Positions 9,360 to 17,849 of a DNA stretch of 64,000 nucleotides are shown here, in pieces. The notes below the pieces were generated by a model, which did not search any database, had not been told where the DNA came from, and was given only the letters and a program-made list of their open reading frames with translations. The translations under genes were made by a program, and so were the position numbers. How positions within the stretch are numbered: the stretch's first letter is position 1; each line of letters opens with the position of its first letter. This DNA is from an uncultured cyanobacterium (lineage in GTDB: Bacteria > Cyanobacteriota > Cyanobacteriia > Cyanobacteriales > Cyanobacteriaceae), in assembly GCA_963710605.1 (NCBI GenBank), contig CAVQBA010000004.1, positions 224,001 to 288,000 on the forward strand. Reading direction: 5' to 3'.

Positions 9360-11441
9360 TTAAATTGATAAGGCTAACTTTTCTTGTTTTAGTTTTAACA
9401 AAAAATTGGCAAACTTTTCTTGAACATATTTAACATCTTTAGCATCTTCAACCCATAACTTTCGCCCACTCTCAGATGCTATAGCCTTTGTCAAAGATTG
9501 ATACGTAATGTCATTAAAATAGATATATCCATCCATAATGGTGTAATCCATATATCTTTTATTAGTTAAGATGATTCCTTCTTTCAACTCATCCATTGTC
9601 GTACAGTCAATGAAAACGACTATTTTTTCATCAACTTCAAAAGAAGTTTTTTTAGCAACAGTATTCATCGCACTAGTTAATGTTTCTAAATCAAGATCTG
9701 CCGCAAAATAAAATTCATGTAATTTATCATCTTTGTATGATGTAGGATCGAAGTTTTTTTCAATATATTGAACGAACGGATCATTATTATTTTTTGCGGC
9801 GATATAGCTATAAATTTCTAATTTATGTAAAATATCGTTATCTCTTTTTTTATTACTGCTTGATAAAGACCCCATCAGAAAACCCGCCGCTACAGAAGCA
9901 ACTAATGAAGCTCCTCCCGTCATAACACTCAATCCACCTAAAGCGGCTATCGTACTACTAATCGCCGCCGCACCTGTTGCACTTCCTGCTACTCCCAAAG
10001 AAGAAGCCGCTAACCAAGCTAAACCAACTGCACCTGTTCCTGCAAATACACTTGTAATTCCCGCTTTAATTAAATTTATCCGATCCTCACCATCCATCTC
10101 AGATATAGCCATTAAGGATAAAACACCTGCCGCACCAACTAAAGCCGCACCACCAGTAACAACAACCAAACCTCCGAGCATACCTGCACCTCCTGCGGCA
10201 ACTGAACCTCCACCCAACCAAGCCAGAGTTGCATTAGTTGCGGCGGCACCAGTAAGTGTGCTAACAGCCGCACCTGTACCCGCTTTTACACCTAGAGCTG
10301 ATAAACCTCGAGAAACTAATGGTAGAGCTTCACTACTTAGAGCTTTACCGTTTTTAAAACTGTCTTTGGCACTTTCTTTAACTTCTTGATATCGATTGAA
10401 AATGTCTAGAACTTTTTGAGTGTCAACACCCCAATCTTCTCCTTGAAATTCTTGAACAGTTAATAAATAAGTTGCTTGAACTTCTTGAGGTAGTGTCTCA
10501 GAATTAATTATGTCTTTGGTTAAATCTTCCAAAGTCAGCTTTTGTTCTTCGCTAATTTCTTCACCGTCTCTCAGATTTTGATAAACTTCAAGTTTACGAT
10601 CGTAATTGTCAGTTTCTGATTCAATAAAATTAGAAACAAAAATATCTACAGTAGAAGCACGAGAGATGGCACTTGCTTGGCTGTAAAAAATTTTTAACTC
10701 AAGAGGTAAATCAACTTGATTAGCAATAATATCATTTAATATATCGAGTAATTCAAAACTGGTTACAGGCTGTAACGATTTAACATACCAGTATGTAGTT
10801 GAAATATTTTCTCTGTCTGTTTTTTCATATTGTGATTTCTTTAATGCTGGGAACAATCGATCTTCAATCAAGGAGATTTTATAATTATTACTTGCTATTT
10901 GATAACGCTTAATAATTTTCTCGTCTAATTTTGAGGTGGAAACGATATAATCAAGCAAAGATAAATTTTCTAAATATATCGGCTTACCAGTTTCCAAATA
11001 TTGCAAAGTTAATTGACAATTTTCACTAGTATCAGCTAACTTACAATATTCACTAGTATTACTATACATAAATTTCGATTTATTGATAGCATCATTCACT
11101 TGACGATGAAAGCTATACTTATTTTCGAGATTATTATACTCATTTTCGTAAAGACTATGTAAAATTACATTGATTCTCTGATGATTATAATCAAAAGGTA
11201 ATTCTTGATTTTCGGATATTCTGCTAGGGATATCCAATGAATAAGTGTCTCCGTTTTTCAAGATTAGATTTTGCTTTCCCCCATATTTAGCAATTTGATA
11301 AGGCAAAAATAGATGATATTTATCTATGGAGTTAGAATCAGCTTTAGCAATTGGAGGAGAAACAAAATCTTTCGTGATAAATGCCAAACCGACAATTGTT
11401 CCTACTTGAAGAAACTGCCGACGGGAAGATGATTCAACCAT
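9360..11441 (-). CDS. Large hypothetical protein with Tat signal and a Gly/Ala-rich hydrophobic (Gly-zipper) domain
   Basis: SSRRQFL plus hydrophobic stretch plus AKA; GTGAAVSTLTGAAATNATLAWLGGGSVAAGGAG region; 693-codon ORF. Confidence 0.75.
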   Translation of the reverse strand: MVESSSRRQFLQVGTIVGLAFITKDFVSPPIAKADSNSIDKYHLFLPYQIAKYGGKQNLILKNGDTYSLDIPSRISENQELPFDYNHQRINVILHSLYENEYNNLENKYSFHRQVNDAINKSKFMYSNTSEYCKLADTSENCQLTLQYLETGKPIYLENLSLLDYIVSTSKLDEKIIKRYQIASNNYKISLIEDRLFPALKKSQYEKTDRENISTTYWYVKSLQPVTSFELLDILNDIIANQVDLPLELKIFYSQASAISRASTVDIFVSNFIESETDNYDRKLEVYQNLRDGEEISEEQKLTLEDLTKDIINSETLPQEVQATYLLTVQEFQGEDWGVDTQKVLDIFNRYQEVKESAKDSFKNGKALSSEALPLVSRGLSALGVKAGTGAAVSTLTGAAATNATLAWLGGGSVAAGGAGMLGGLVVVTGGAALVGAAGVLSLMAISEMDGEDRINLIKAGITSVFAGTGAVGLAWLAASSLGVAGSATGAAAISSTIAALGGLSVMTGGASLVASVAAGFLMGSLSSSNKKRDNDILHKLEIYSYIAAKNNNDPFVQYIEKNFDPTSYKDDKLHEFYFAADLDLETLTSAMNTVAKKTSFEVDEKIVVFIDCTTMDELKEGIILTNKRYMDYTIMDGYIYFNDITYQSLTKAIASESGRKLWVEDAKDVKYVQEKFANFLLKLKQEKLALSI

Positions 11442-11698
11442 AGTAACTAATCTTTTTAGTTTTTCAAAAAATAATTTCTTTGAGAATAATTATAGTACGT
11501 AAGATTAATTTAATTAGTTTTATGATCACCAATTAATAACAATTCAAATTAAACTTGCTACATTTGCTTTCGGTAAGTTCCTTTTTCTAAGGGGAAGGGC
11601 TGTCATCTGAAATGAATTTAGATATCTTTAAGTTAGATTGATGACAACAATAATTATTGAGCCAAATATAATCAAATTTGCGAGGTTTTATCCTAAAT

Positions 11699-11944
11699 TC
11701 AGTCTAAGAAAGGATAATCAGTATATCTTTCGGTTTCGTTATCACCGCCAGTGCCGTAAAAAGTTTTTGGATTAGCTTGATTTAATTCGGCAGTCACCAT
11801 AAAACGTTTTGGCAAATCGGGATTAGCAATGAATAAGCGACCATAAGAAACTAATTGTGCATTACCATTACTAATAGCTTCATTTCCTGTTTTTTTATCG
11901 TAATCGCCATTGGTAATAATTGTTCCTTCATACATATCTTGCAA
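11699..11944 (-). pseudogene. C-terminal fragment of an Old Yellow Enzyme (alkene reductase, NemA-like)
   Basis: ITNGDY, LVSYGRLFIANPDLPKRF, TFYG and YTDYPFL match only the last ~80 aa of the family. The fragment abuts an IS630-type end at 11942-11964. Confidence 0.85.
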
Positions 11945-11964
11945 TCTTGATTGAAATGACTATA
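11942..11964. mobile_element. Solo ISY100/IS630-type terminal inverted repeat remnant
   Basis: caatcttgattgaaatgactata matches the right end of the element at 42875-43033 (caatcttaattgaaacgactata) at 21 of 23 positions. Confidence 0.7.
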
Positions 11965-11980
11965 TATTGAATCATTAAAC

Positions 11981-12147
11981 TATAGCAATTTTGTTTGTTG
12001 GAGTAGATAATTTTTGCAAGGAGAAAAAGATCGACGATATTGAGGTGTCAAACCATATTTTTCGATCGCTTCTCGGTGTTTTCTCTTTTTGATTGCTCAT
12101 GATTGAATCTCTACATTAATCTGACTCAAGCACCCAAAATCGCTATA
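11981..12147. mobile_element. MITE with TATAGC-type termini (IS630-derived)
   Basis: Left end tatagcaattttgtttgttggagt; reverse complement of the right end tatagcgattttgggtgcttgagt. TA ends and no ORF. Confidence 0.7.
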
Positions 12148-12188
12148 CTAAAATGTGTATTAAGTTATATTAAAGATAATTAGAATTT

Positions 12189-12671
12189 ATGAAAGAAACG
12201 ATCAGAGAATTTTTACAACCAGTGGCGGATGTTTTTTCGGGTTTAGGTACTCCTGAATCGATCGTTCATTGGGGACATCCATTAATGATGGCAATCGTTA
12301 TATTTGTTGTCGGTACTTTTGCTGGTATTACAGGATGGAAAATTCGTACAGCTAACGAGACAGAAGTTGTTGGTAAAAGTAAAGAAGGACACCGCAAAAT
12401 AGCACCAATGTTATTATTGTTTATCACCTTAGGATATAGTGGAGGTATTTTGTCTTTAATTATGCAAGGAGAGCCTATTTTTTCAAGCGTCCATTTTTGG
12501 ACTGGCTCAACAGTTATAGGTTTATTAGCTTTAAATGGATTAATCTCATTAACTGGCTTCGGAGGAAATAAAGCTAGTTTACGGACAACACACGCTTATA
12601 TAGGTAGCACTGCGTTATTAATTTTGGTTGCCCATGCGATGTACGGTTTAAAATTAGGATTGTCGATTTAA
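12189..12671 (+). CDS. DUF4079 membrane protein (cytochrome b561-like His pattern)
   Basis: IVHWGHPLMM; conserved His in GHRK, SVHFWTG and THAY; four TM segments. Confidence 0.8.
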   Translation: MKETIREFLQPVADVFSGLGTPESIVHWGHPLMMAIVIFVVGTFAGITGWKIRTANETEVVGKSKEGHRKIAPMLLLFITLGYSGGILSLIMQGEPIFSSVHFWTGSTVIGLLALNGLISLTGFGGNKASLRTTHAYIGSTALLILVAHAMYGLKLGLSI

Positions 12672-12738
12672 TTTGTCTTAAGTTGTTAAGAAATAACGAT
12701 TGAATCGATTGATCGATTATTACTCAAAAAAAAAGATG

Positions 12739-13191
12739 TTATTGACAGGTAAGTTTCCCAGAAGAAGCCAAACGTTTGTTTCTTTGGGCAACTAAAGTAA
12801 CTATATCTTCTCTACCTGTCATTTTTAAACGATACTTTGCCCAGATACCATATATTTTGTCGGCTATCTTACCTAAAATAGGTACTTTGCTAAAACTATA
12901 AACCCAACCCATACCTAGTACTTCATATACACGGCGAAAGACTTCTATATTAGTAACAACTTCACCACCATCTAAAATAGCGTGAATTTTATCCATCGCC
13001 ATTTGATAATCAATACCTGCGTTTTCAGCAGGAGAATAATCATCGTCGGCTATATCCACAAAAACGACTTTATTTCTACCTGCATCTTTTTTACGCAGAA
13101 AATTAACTTCTCTGACACATAAAGGGCAATCACTATCATACAGAAGTTTGATTTGCCATAGGTTAGGGTTTTTTGAGTTTTCAGAATCCAT
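12739..13191 (-). CDS. DCC family thiol-disulfide oxidoreductase (DUF393)
   Basis: LLYDSDCPLC (DxxCxxC) motif. Confidence 0.9.
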   Translation of the reverse strand: MDSENSKNPNLWQIKLLYDSDCPLCVREVNFLRKKDAGRNKVVFVDIADDDYSPAENAGIDYQMAMDKIHAILDGGEVVTNIEVFRRVYEVLGMGWVYSFSKVPILGKIADKIYGIWAKYRLKMTGREDIVTLVAQRNKRLASSGKLTCQ

Positions 13192-13281
13192 TTTATTAAT
13201 TAATTATAATTGCCAACATACTTACTAACGAGAAGTAGGAAGTGAGAAGTGATAAATGAAAAGTTAGTTATAAACGATCTG

Positions 13282-13315
13282 ATTCTCAATTCTCAATTCT
13301 CAATTCTCAATTCTC
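13282..13315. repeat. Heptamer tandem repeat (ATTCTCA)x~5
   Basis: Directly visible after the DUF937 stop; cyanobacterial STRR type. Confidence 0.9.
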
Positions 13316-13852
13316 TTACATGTATCTTCTGGCTAATTTAAGAGCATCAGCTACATCAACATCACCATCACCATCAGTATCTAAAAAACCTGATAAAACA
13401 GAATTAGAACCCATACCAGCACCGATATTAGAACCCATAGTATTACCTCTGTTACCTGTTTTAAGTAGATTTAGGACCAAAGGGACTAAAAATGGTAATA
13501 TTTTTCGTACTGTACCATGACTCATTCCTGTTCTAGCTTCTATTTCTCTCATTAAGCCTTGTAGTTGAGGTGCGGAGAAAAGAGTCCGTACGATTTGATT
13601 GTTGGGGTTAGTACCACCATATTGAGAAATTAAATTTTCAACCCCTGCTTGCCCTCTTCGTTGACGTTGTTGTCTTAGTGCATTTTTGGTATATTTACCA
13701 ACTACAGACATTGCTGATTGAATAGAATCAGGATTAGCTTTACTGTTTCGTCCAAGAGTATTAACCGTGTTGAGGATACCTGATAATTGCGAAGGATTTG
13801 CTTCTGCTTGAGGATTGTCGATCGCATCTAGAATATGATTAAATAAACCCAT
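13316..13852 (-). CDS. DUF937 family protein with C-terminal EF-hand-like loop
   Basis: MGLFNHIL start, ILPFLVPLVL and FLDTDGDGDVDVADA. Confidence 0.75.
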   Translation of the reverse strand: MGLFNHILDAIDNPQAEANPSQLSGILNTVNTLGRNSKANPDSIQSAMSVVGKYTKNALRQQRQRRGQAGVENLISQYGGTNPNNQIVRTLFSAPQLQGLMREIEARTGMSHGTVRKILPFLVPLVLNLLKTGNRGNTMGSNIGAGMGSNSVLSGFLDTDGDGDVDVADALKLARRYM

Positions 13853-13876
13853 AATTGATAATTTGATAATAGTTGA

Positions 13877-14716
13877 TTAAATTTCATCTACAGCAATAAA
13901 ATCTGCTGCTTTTTTTCTTAGTCGAGAAAAGTCACGATATTTCGCTTCGATAAACATATGAAAGCTATAGGAAATTAAACCTAAACCGATCACACTTAGT
14001 AAAATTTTACCTTGACGTTGTCTAGCGATAAGTTCTAATATTTGGTCCAAGCCTGCGGCAGTTTCAGGATTGAATTGTCTTGCTGATTCAATTAAAAAAA
14101 AGCCAATCAAAATAAAGATCACTCCACGGGCAGTAAAGCCAAATTTACTAATTGCGGTAGTTACTGTCAGATATTTGCTGTTTTTATCTTCTTTTAAATT
14201 AGACTCATAAGAAAGTTTTTTGTTAAAGGCACGATAGAAAAAAAAAGAACCAACACCAATAACCCCAGTGCCAATACATCCAATCAAAAATTGACCGAAT
14301 GGCTGATACATGAGTCGAGCTGTTAAATCTGCTGTTGAATCAAGATCATCTTCATCTAAATTAAGAATTATTTTAAGAGCGGTAAGAGCCGAGCCACCAT
14401 AGCTAATTCCACTACAAATATAACTGATCCTTTTAAAAATTTTCTTTTTTTTAAATTCAAAACCGTAAGGACTAAACGCCTCAAATAGTCGCCAAAAGGC
14501 ATAACAAAACAAACCTCCTGCTACAACTAGTAAGATAGGTTTACCCAAAGGTTGGATTGCAATTAACCTCAATGCACCTCGACTATCGGCTGTTTCTGAA
14601 CTGATTCCAAAAGCTAGTCGAAAGCAAAGTAAGCCAAGAAGAAAATAAACTAATCCTTTTGTCAAACAACCAAATCTTGCTAACTTCTCGAACCATGATG
14701 TTCTTACCTCTACCAT
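13877..14716 (-). CDS. DUF1206 membrane protein
   Basis: Three repeats of the (A)RxG...G..Y/F TM hairpin with QPLG/QPFG/QRQG motifs. Confidence 0.85.
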   Translation of the reverse strand: MVEVRTSWFEKLARFGCLTKGLVYFLLGLLCFRLAFGISSETADSRGALRLIAIQPLGKPILLVVAGGLFCYAFWRLFEAFSPYGFEFKKKKIFKRISYICSGISYGGSALTALKIILNLDEDDLDSTADLTARLMYQPFGQFLIGCIGTGVIGVGSFFFYRAFNKKLSYESNLKEDKNSKYLTVTTAISKFGFTARGVIFILIGFFLIESARQFNPETAAGLDQILELIARQRQGKILLSVIGLGLISYSFHMFIEAKYRDFSRLRKKAADFIAVDEI

Positions 14717-14750
14717 CTCACTGTAAAATAACTAATAAGTAAATATTAGT

Positions 14751-14969
14751 TTATCTTGCGTCATCTCTAGCTTTTAAACGATCGACCATCGAAAGTTCCT
14801 CGTTATCATCAACTTCTACACCCATATCAGAAGCTATTTCTTCTACATTGTGATAGTCTTTATCGCCATTACTCGAATTATCGAGAGGATTAGTACTAGC
14901 TACCGCTTTTTCTGGGACTACTTTTGCTTGATACTCGGTATTATTGATTTGCTCTGGATTAGTATTCAT
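14751..14969 (-). CDS. Small acidic protein (DUF6335-like C-terminus)
   Basis: VEEIASDMGVEVDDNEEL...LKARDDAR; co-oriented in the cluster with csbD. Confidence 0.55.
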   Translation of the reverse strand: MNTNPEQINNTEYQAKVVPEKAVASTNPLDNSSNGDKDYHNVEEIASDMGVEVDDNEELSMVDRLKARDDAR

Positions 14970-15011
14970 ATTTTTATTGTAATAGTATCAATGATGTGTT
15001 ATTAATTTAAA

Positions 15012-15052
15012 CAAAAAAAAGTATAGGAGTAGTTAATTCCTATACTTTTTTG
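15012..15052 (-). terminator. Intrinsic terminator downstream of csbD (A/T tails on both sides)
   Basis: aaaaaagtatagga-N9-tcctatactttttt perfect stem. Confidence 0.8.
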
Positions 15053-15076
15053 CTAATTATTAAATTAAATTGTTAA

Positions 15077-15259
15077 TTAGTCGATGACATCTTTTGCTTT
15101 ATCTTTCACATCTTCTTTAGCATGTTCGGTAGAAGCTTGTGCTTGTTTTGCTTTACCTTCTGCTTTATCCTTGGTATCTCCGGTTACATTACCTAAAGCT
15201 TCTTGTGCTTTACCTTCGACGTTTTTAGCTGTTGCTTTAGCTCTATCTTCAATACTCAT
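15077..15259 (-). CDS. csbD: CsbD family stress protein
   Basis: MSIEDRAKATAKNVEGKAQEALGNVTGD...EGKAKQ, with a GGAG RBS upstream. Confidence 0.92.
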   Translation of the reverse strand: MSIEDRAKATAKNVEGKAQEALGNVTGDTKDKAEGKAKQAQASTEHAKEDVKDKAKDVID

Positions 15260-15517
15260 AAATCTGTTCTCCTTATTTAATTATTTTTGTGAGTTATTAA
15301 ACTTTGTTTTTTTAAGTTTTTTATTCAACTTACATTTACTATGTTATGTTATCGATTCCTGACTTTACTCTATCTAAAGTTATATATTATTCTGTTCTAA
15401 ACTATCGAAAGGAATAGTCCTTAAAGGTTTCAATCATAAACCATAGTTCAAAATCTTATCACTTATCTCAGAAGTAACTATTAATAAATCTATGCAAACT
15501 TTGATATCTCGATCGAT

Positions 15518-17584
15518 TTAATTTTCCACAGTAATGATTTTGGTATATTCAAATTGATCATCACTTTTCTTGACTAAAGGATATTCTGTGTTGTTAAGTA
15601 CGATCGAATCTAACTGACAATCTTTTTTAGGCGAATGATAAACTAAAATGTATTGTTTGCTCAGATAAGGATTCATTTCTTGCTCTACTTCGTTACGCCA
15701 TTGCGTCTTGGTAACTAAAACAATTAATTGATTAGCTAATTGCGGAAGTGATTTAGCAACTTGCCGACGATAGATTTCGTCTAAACTACCAAAAGGGCTA
15801 TCCATGACGATCGGAAATTTACTTGAATCTAAACCCATCAAACTACTTTGTTGTGACCATTCCCTGACCATATCAATAATCGCTCCAATTAAAGACAAAC
15901 TTAAAATTTGATTTTCTCCTGTAGAAGCGGCTACTAATTGTTTTTTTCCTGCTGTATTTTCACTTAAACTTATTTCGTAGTTTTCACTTAAATAAGGTTG
16001 ATAAGGAGTGAAAGAAATTTCTTGAAAAATCTCTTGTAATCTTTTTTCTAAGGCAATTCTAAATTGTGTTTCTAATCTTTTTTTTACTTGCGACAGACAA
16101 TCAATTGAGTCTTGAGCGGCGGTAATACGACGTACGATTAGTTTTTGTTTTTCGGCTTTAATTTCTTGTTTTTGTATTTGTTTATCTAAGCTAATTAATA
16201 TTTCGTCTATTTCTTCTATTTGAATATTTATTTCTCCCTGAGTTAAAGTCAGTTGTCTGATATGTTGTTCTATTTCGTCTAGTTTTTTCTGAGTTTGCTG
16301 AATATTTTGGTCTGGATATTGACGTAATTGTTCGTTTAAATCATCTAATTTATTTTCCACTTCACTTAATTTAGTACGCCATTGATTAAGATTCGTTTTA
16401 TATTGATTAATTTCTTGCCAGAATGTATTTAATTGTGGAGGAAATAAATTTACTCGGCTTTCTAGTCTAATTATTGTTGCTTCTGTTTTTATCTCTGTTG
16501 CTTTTTCTTGCCATTTATCAACTTGTTTGTAGCTATCTGTTTCAGGAATCAAATCATGTCCACAAATACATTTTTGTTGTTCTAACAGTTGTTGAATAAA
16601 TTGTTTTTCTATTCCATTGTAAGGTGTCTTTTCTTGATTTTTTAGTTGATTAATTAACTGCTGAAATTTTTGGCTAGCTGAGGAGGAAAAAACTAAATAT
16701 CCTTGAGTCGAAATCTTTTTTTTGATCGTTTGTTTACCATCAATAAGTTGTTGTCTTAATTGTTTTTCTTCTTGTAATAGTCTTTGTTTGAGTTGTTGTA
16801 ATTTTTCAATCCCACTGATAATTAACATTTCTTGAGTTAATTTATCTTTTTCTTGTTCTAGCTTTTTTAAACGATGAATGATTAATTTTTCATCTTTAAG
16901 ATTGTTTTGTTTTTTATTTTCTTGTTTTTCTTTTTCTTGAACTAATTTTTTAATTTCTAAATCGCCTAATTCAGTTAATTCTGTATGTAAAGTTTTTTCG
17001 GCTTTTTTGAGATGATTAATCGATTGTTCTAAAATTTTGATTCCGATTAACTCTTTAGTGTCTTCGGCTATTTTTTGTTTCTTTTCTCCTCTTAAAAGAT
17101 GATCAATATGTTCACCATCAAAAAAGAAATATTGATATAAACTTCGAGGTAGAATCTTTTCGATAATATCTTGAGGTAGTTGCGAAGGATGTTTCCATTT
17201 ACCATCATCATCAGCAACCATCATAAATAATTGCGTTTTCGTAACTTCTAAGGGTTTATGTTTGTGAAGATAACCCCGAAATTTTCTTTTTAATTGATAT
17301 GTTTTAAAATCATGTTCAAAAACAATATCGACATAACATTCTAGAGATTCACCATCAGCGGTTTCTCTTATCGCTCTTTTATTAATTAATGATTTAGGCT
17401 CATTAAACGCCCCTGTAAATTCTTCGTATAATACCCAAGTAAAAGCATTCAAAATAGTCGTTTTACCCGAACCGTTATTACCGTGAATGATGGTTGTGTT
17501 TTCTTTTCCATTACCGAAGTTAATAATTGGTGTTTCGTGATAAAACTGACGAAAATTAAATAATTGAATGCTAATAATTTTCAC
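15518..17584 (-). CDS. DndD-like/Rad50-like coiled-coil ABC ATPase with CxC zinc hook
   Basis: LFNFRQF, Walker A GNNGSGKT, FFFDGE, long coiled coil with central KCICG, signature ASTGENQ and Walker B/D-loop IVMDSPFGSLD. The GTG start overlaps the upstream stop (GTGA). Confidence 0.85.
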   Translation of the reverse strand: MKIISIQLFNFRQFYHETPIINFGNGKENTTIIHGNNGSGKTTILNAFTWVLYEEFTGAFNEPKSLINKRAIRETADGESLECYVDIVFEHDFKTYQLKRKFRGYLHKHKPLEVTKTQLFMMVADDDGKWKHPSQLPQDIIEKILPRSLYQYFFFDGEHIDHLLRGEKKQKIAEDTKELIGIKILEQSINHLKKAEKTLHTELTELGDLEIKKLVQEKEKQENKKQNNLKDEKLIIHRLKKLEQEKDKLTQEMLIISGIEKLQQLKQRLLQEEKQLRQQLIDGKQTIKKKISTQGYLVFSSSASQKFQQLINQLKNQEKTPYNGIEKQFIQQLLEQQKCICGHDLIPETDSYKQVDKWQEKATEIKTEATIIRLESRVNLFPPQLNTFWQEINQYKTNLNQWRTKLSEVENKLDDLNEQLRQYPDQNIQQTQKKLDEIEQHIRQLTLTQGEINIQIEEIDEILISLDKQIQKQEIKAEKQKLIVRRITAAQDSIDCLSQVKKRLETQFRIALEKRLQEIFQEISFTPYQPYLSENYEISLSENTAGKKQLVAASTGENQILSLSLIGAIIDMVREWSQQSSLMGLDSSKFPIVMDSPFGSLDEIYRRQVAKSLPQLANQLIVLVTKTQWRNEVEQEMNPYLSKQYILVYHSPKKDCQLDSIVLNNTEYPLVKKSDDQFEYTKIITVEN

Positions 17585-17754
17585 TGGATATTTTGTTTGA
17601 TAATCTGTAAAATATCGTCATTAATATGACGAAGACTTTTTTGGCTAAGTTTTTCTTTTTCTAATTGTAAAACTTGCTCGACGATCGTTTTTATTTCAGG
17701 TTTAGCTTGATTAATTGGTTCGGTTATTTGTTGTAAATTATAATAACTATTCAT
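17581..17754 (-). CDS. 57-aa small protein translationally coupled to the CxC ATPase (absent from the ORF track)
   Basis: ATG 17754 to TGA 17581: MNSYYNLQQITEPINQAKPEIKTIVEQVLQLEKEKLSQKSLRHINDDILQIIKQNIQ. Four-base GTGA overlap with the ATPase start. Confidence 0.8.
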   Translation of the reverse strand: MNSYYNLQQITEPINQAKPEIKTIVEQVLQLEKEKLSQKSLRHINDDILQIIKQNIQ

Positions 17755-17810
17755 AATATATTAAAGGTCAAAGGGTAAAGAGAGAGAGAACAATGAACAG
17801 TTATTCTTGT

Positions 17811-17847
17811 TATTCCCTATTCCCTATTCCCTATTCCCTATTCCCTA
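17811..17847. repeat. Heptamer tandem repeat (TATTCCC)x5
   Basis: Directly visible after the flv3 stop. Confidence 0.9.
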
Positions 17848-17849
17848 AC

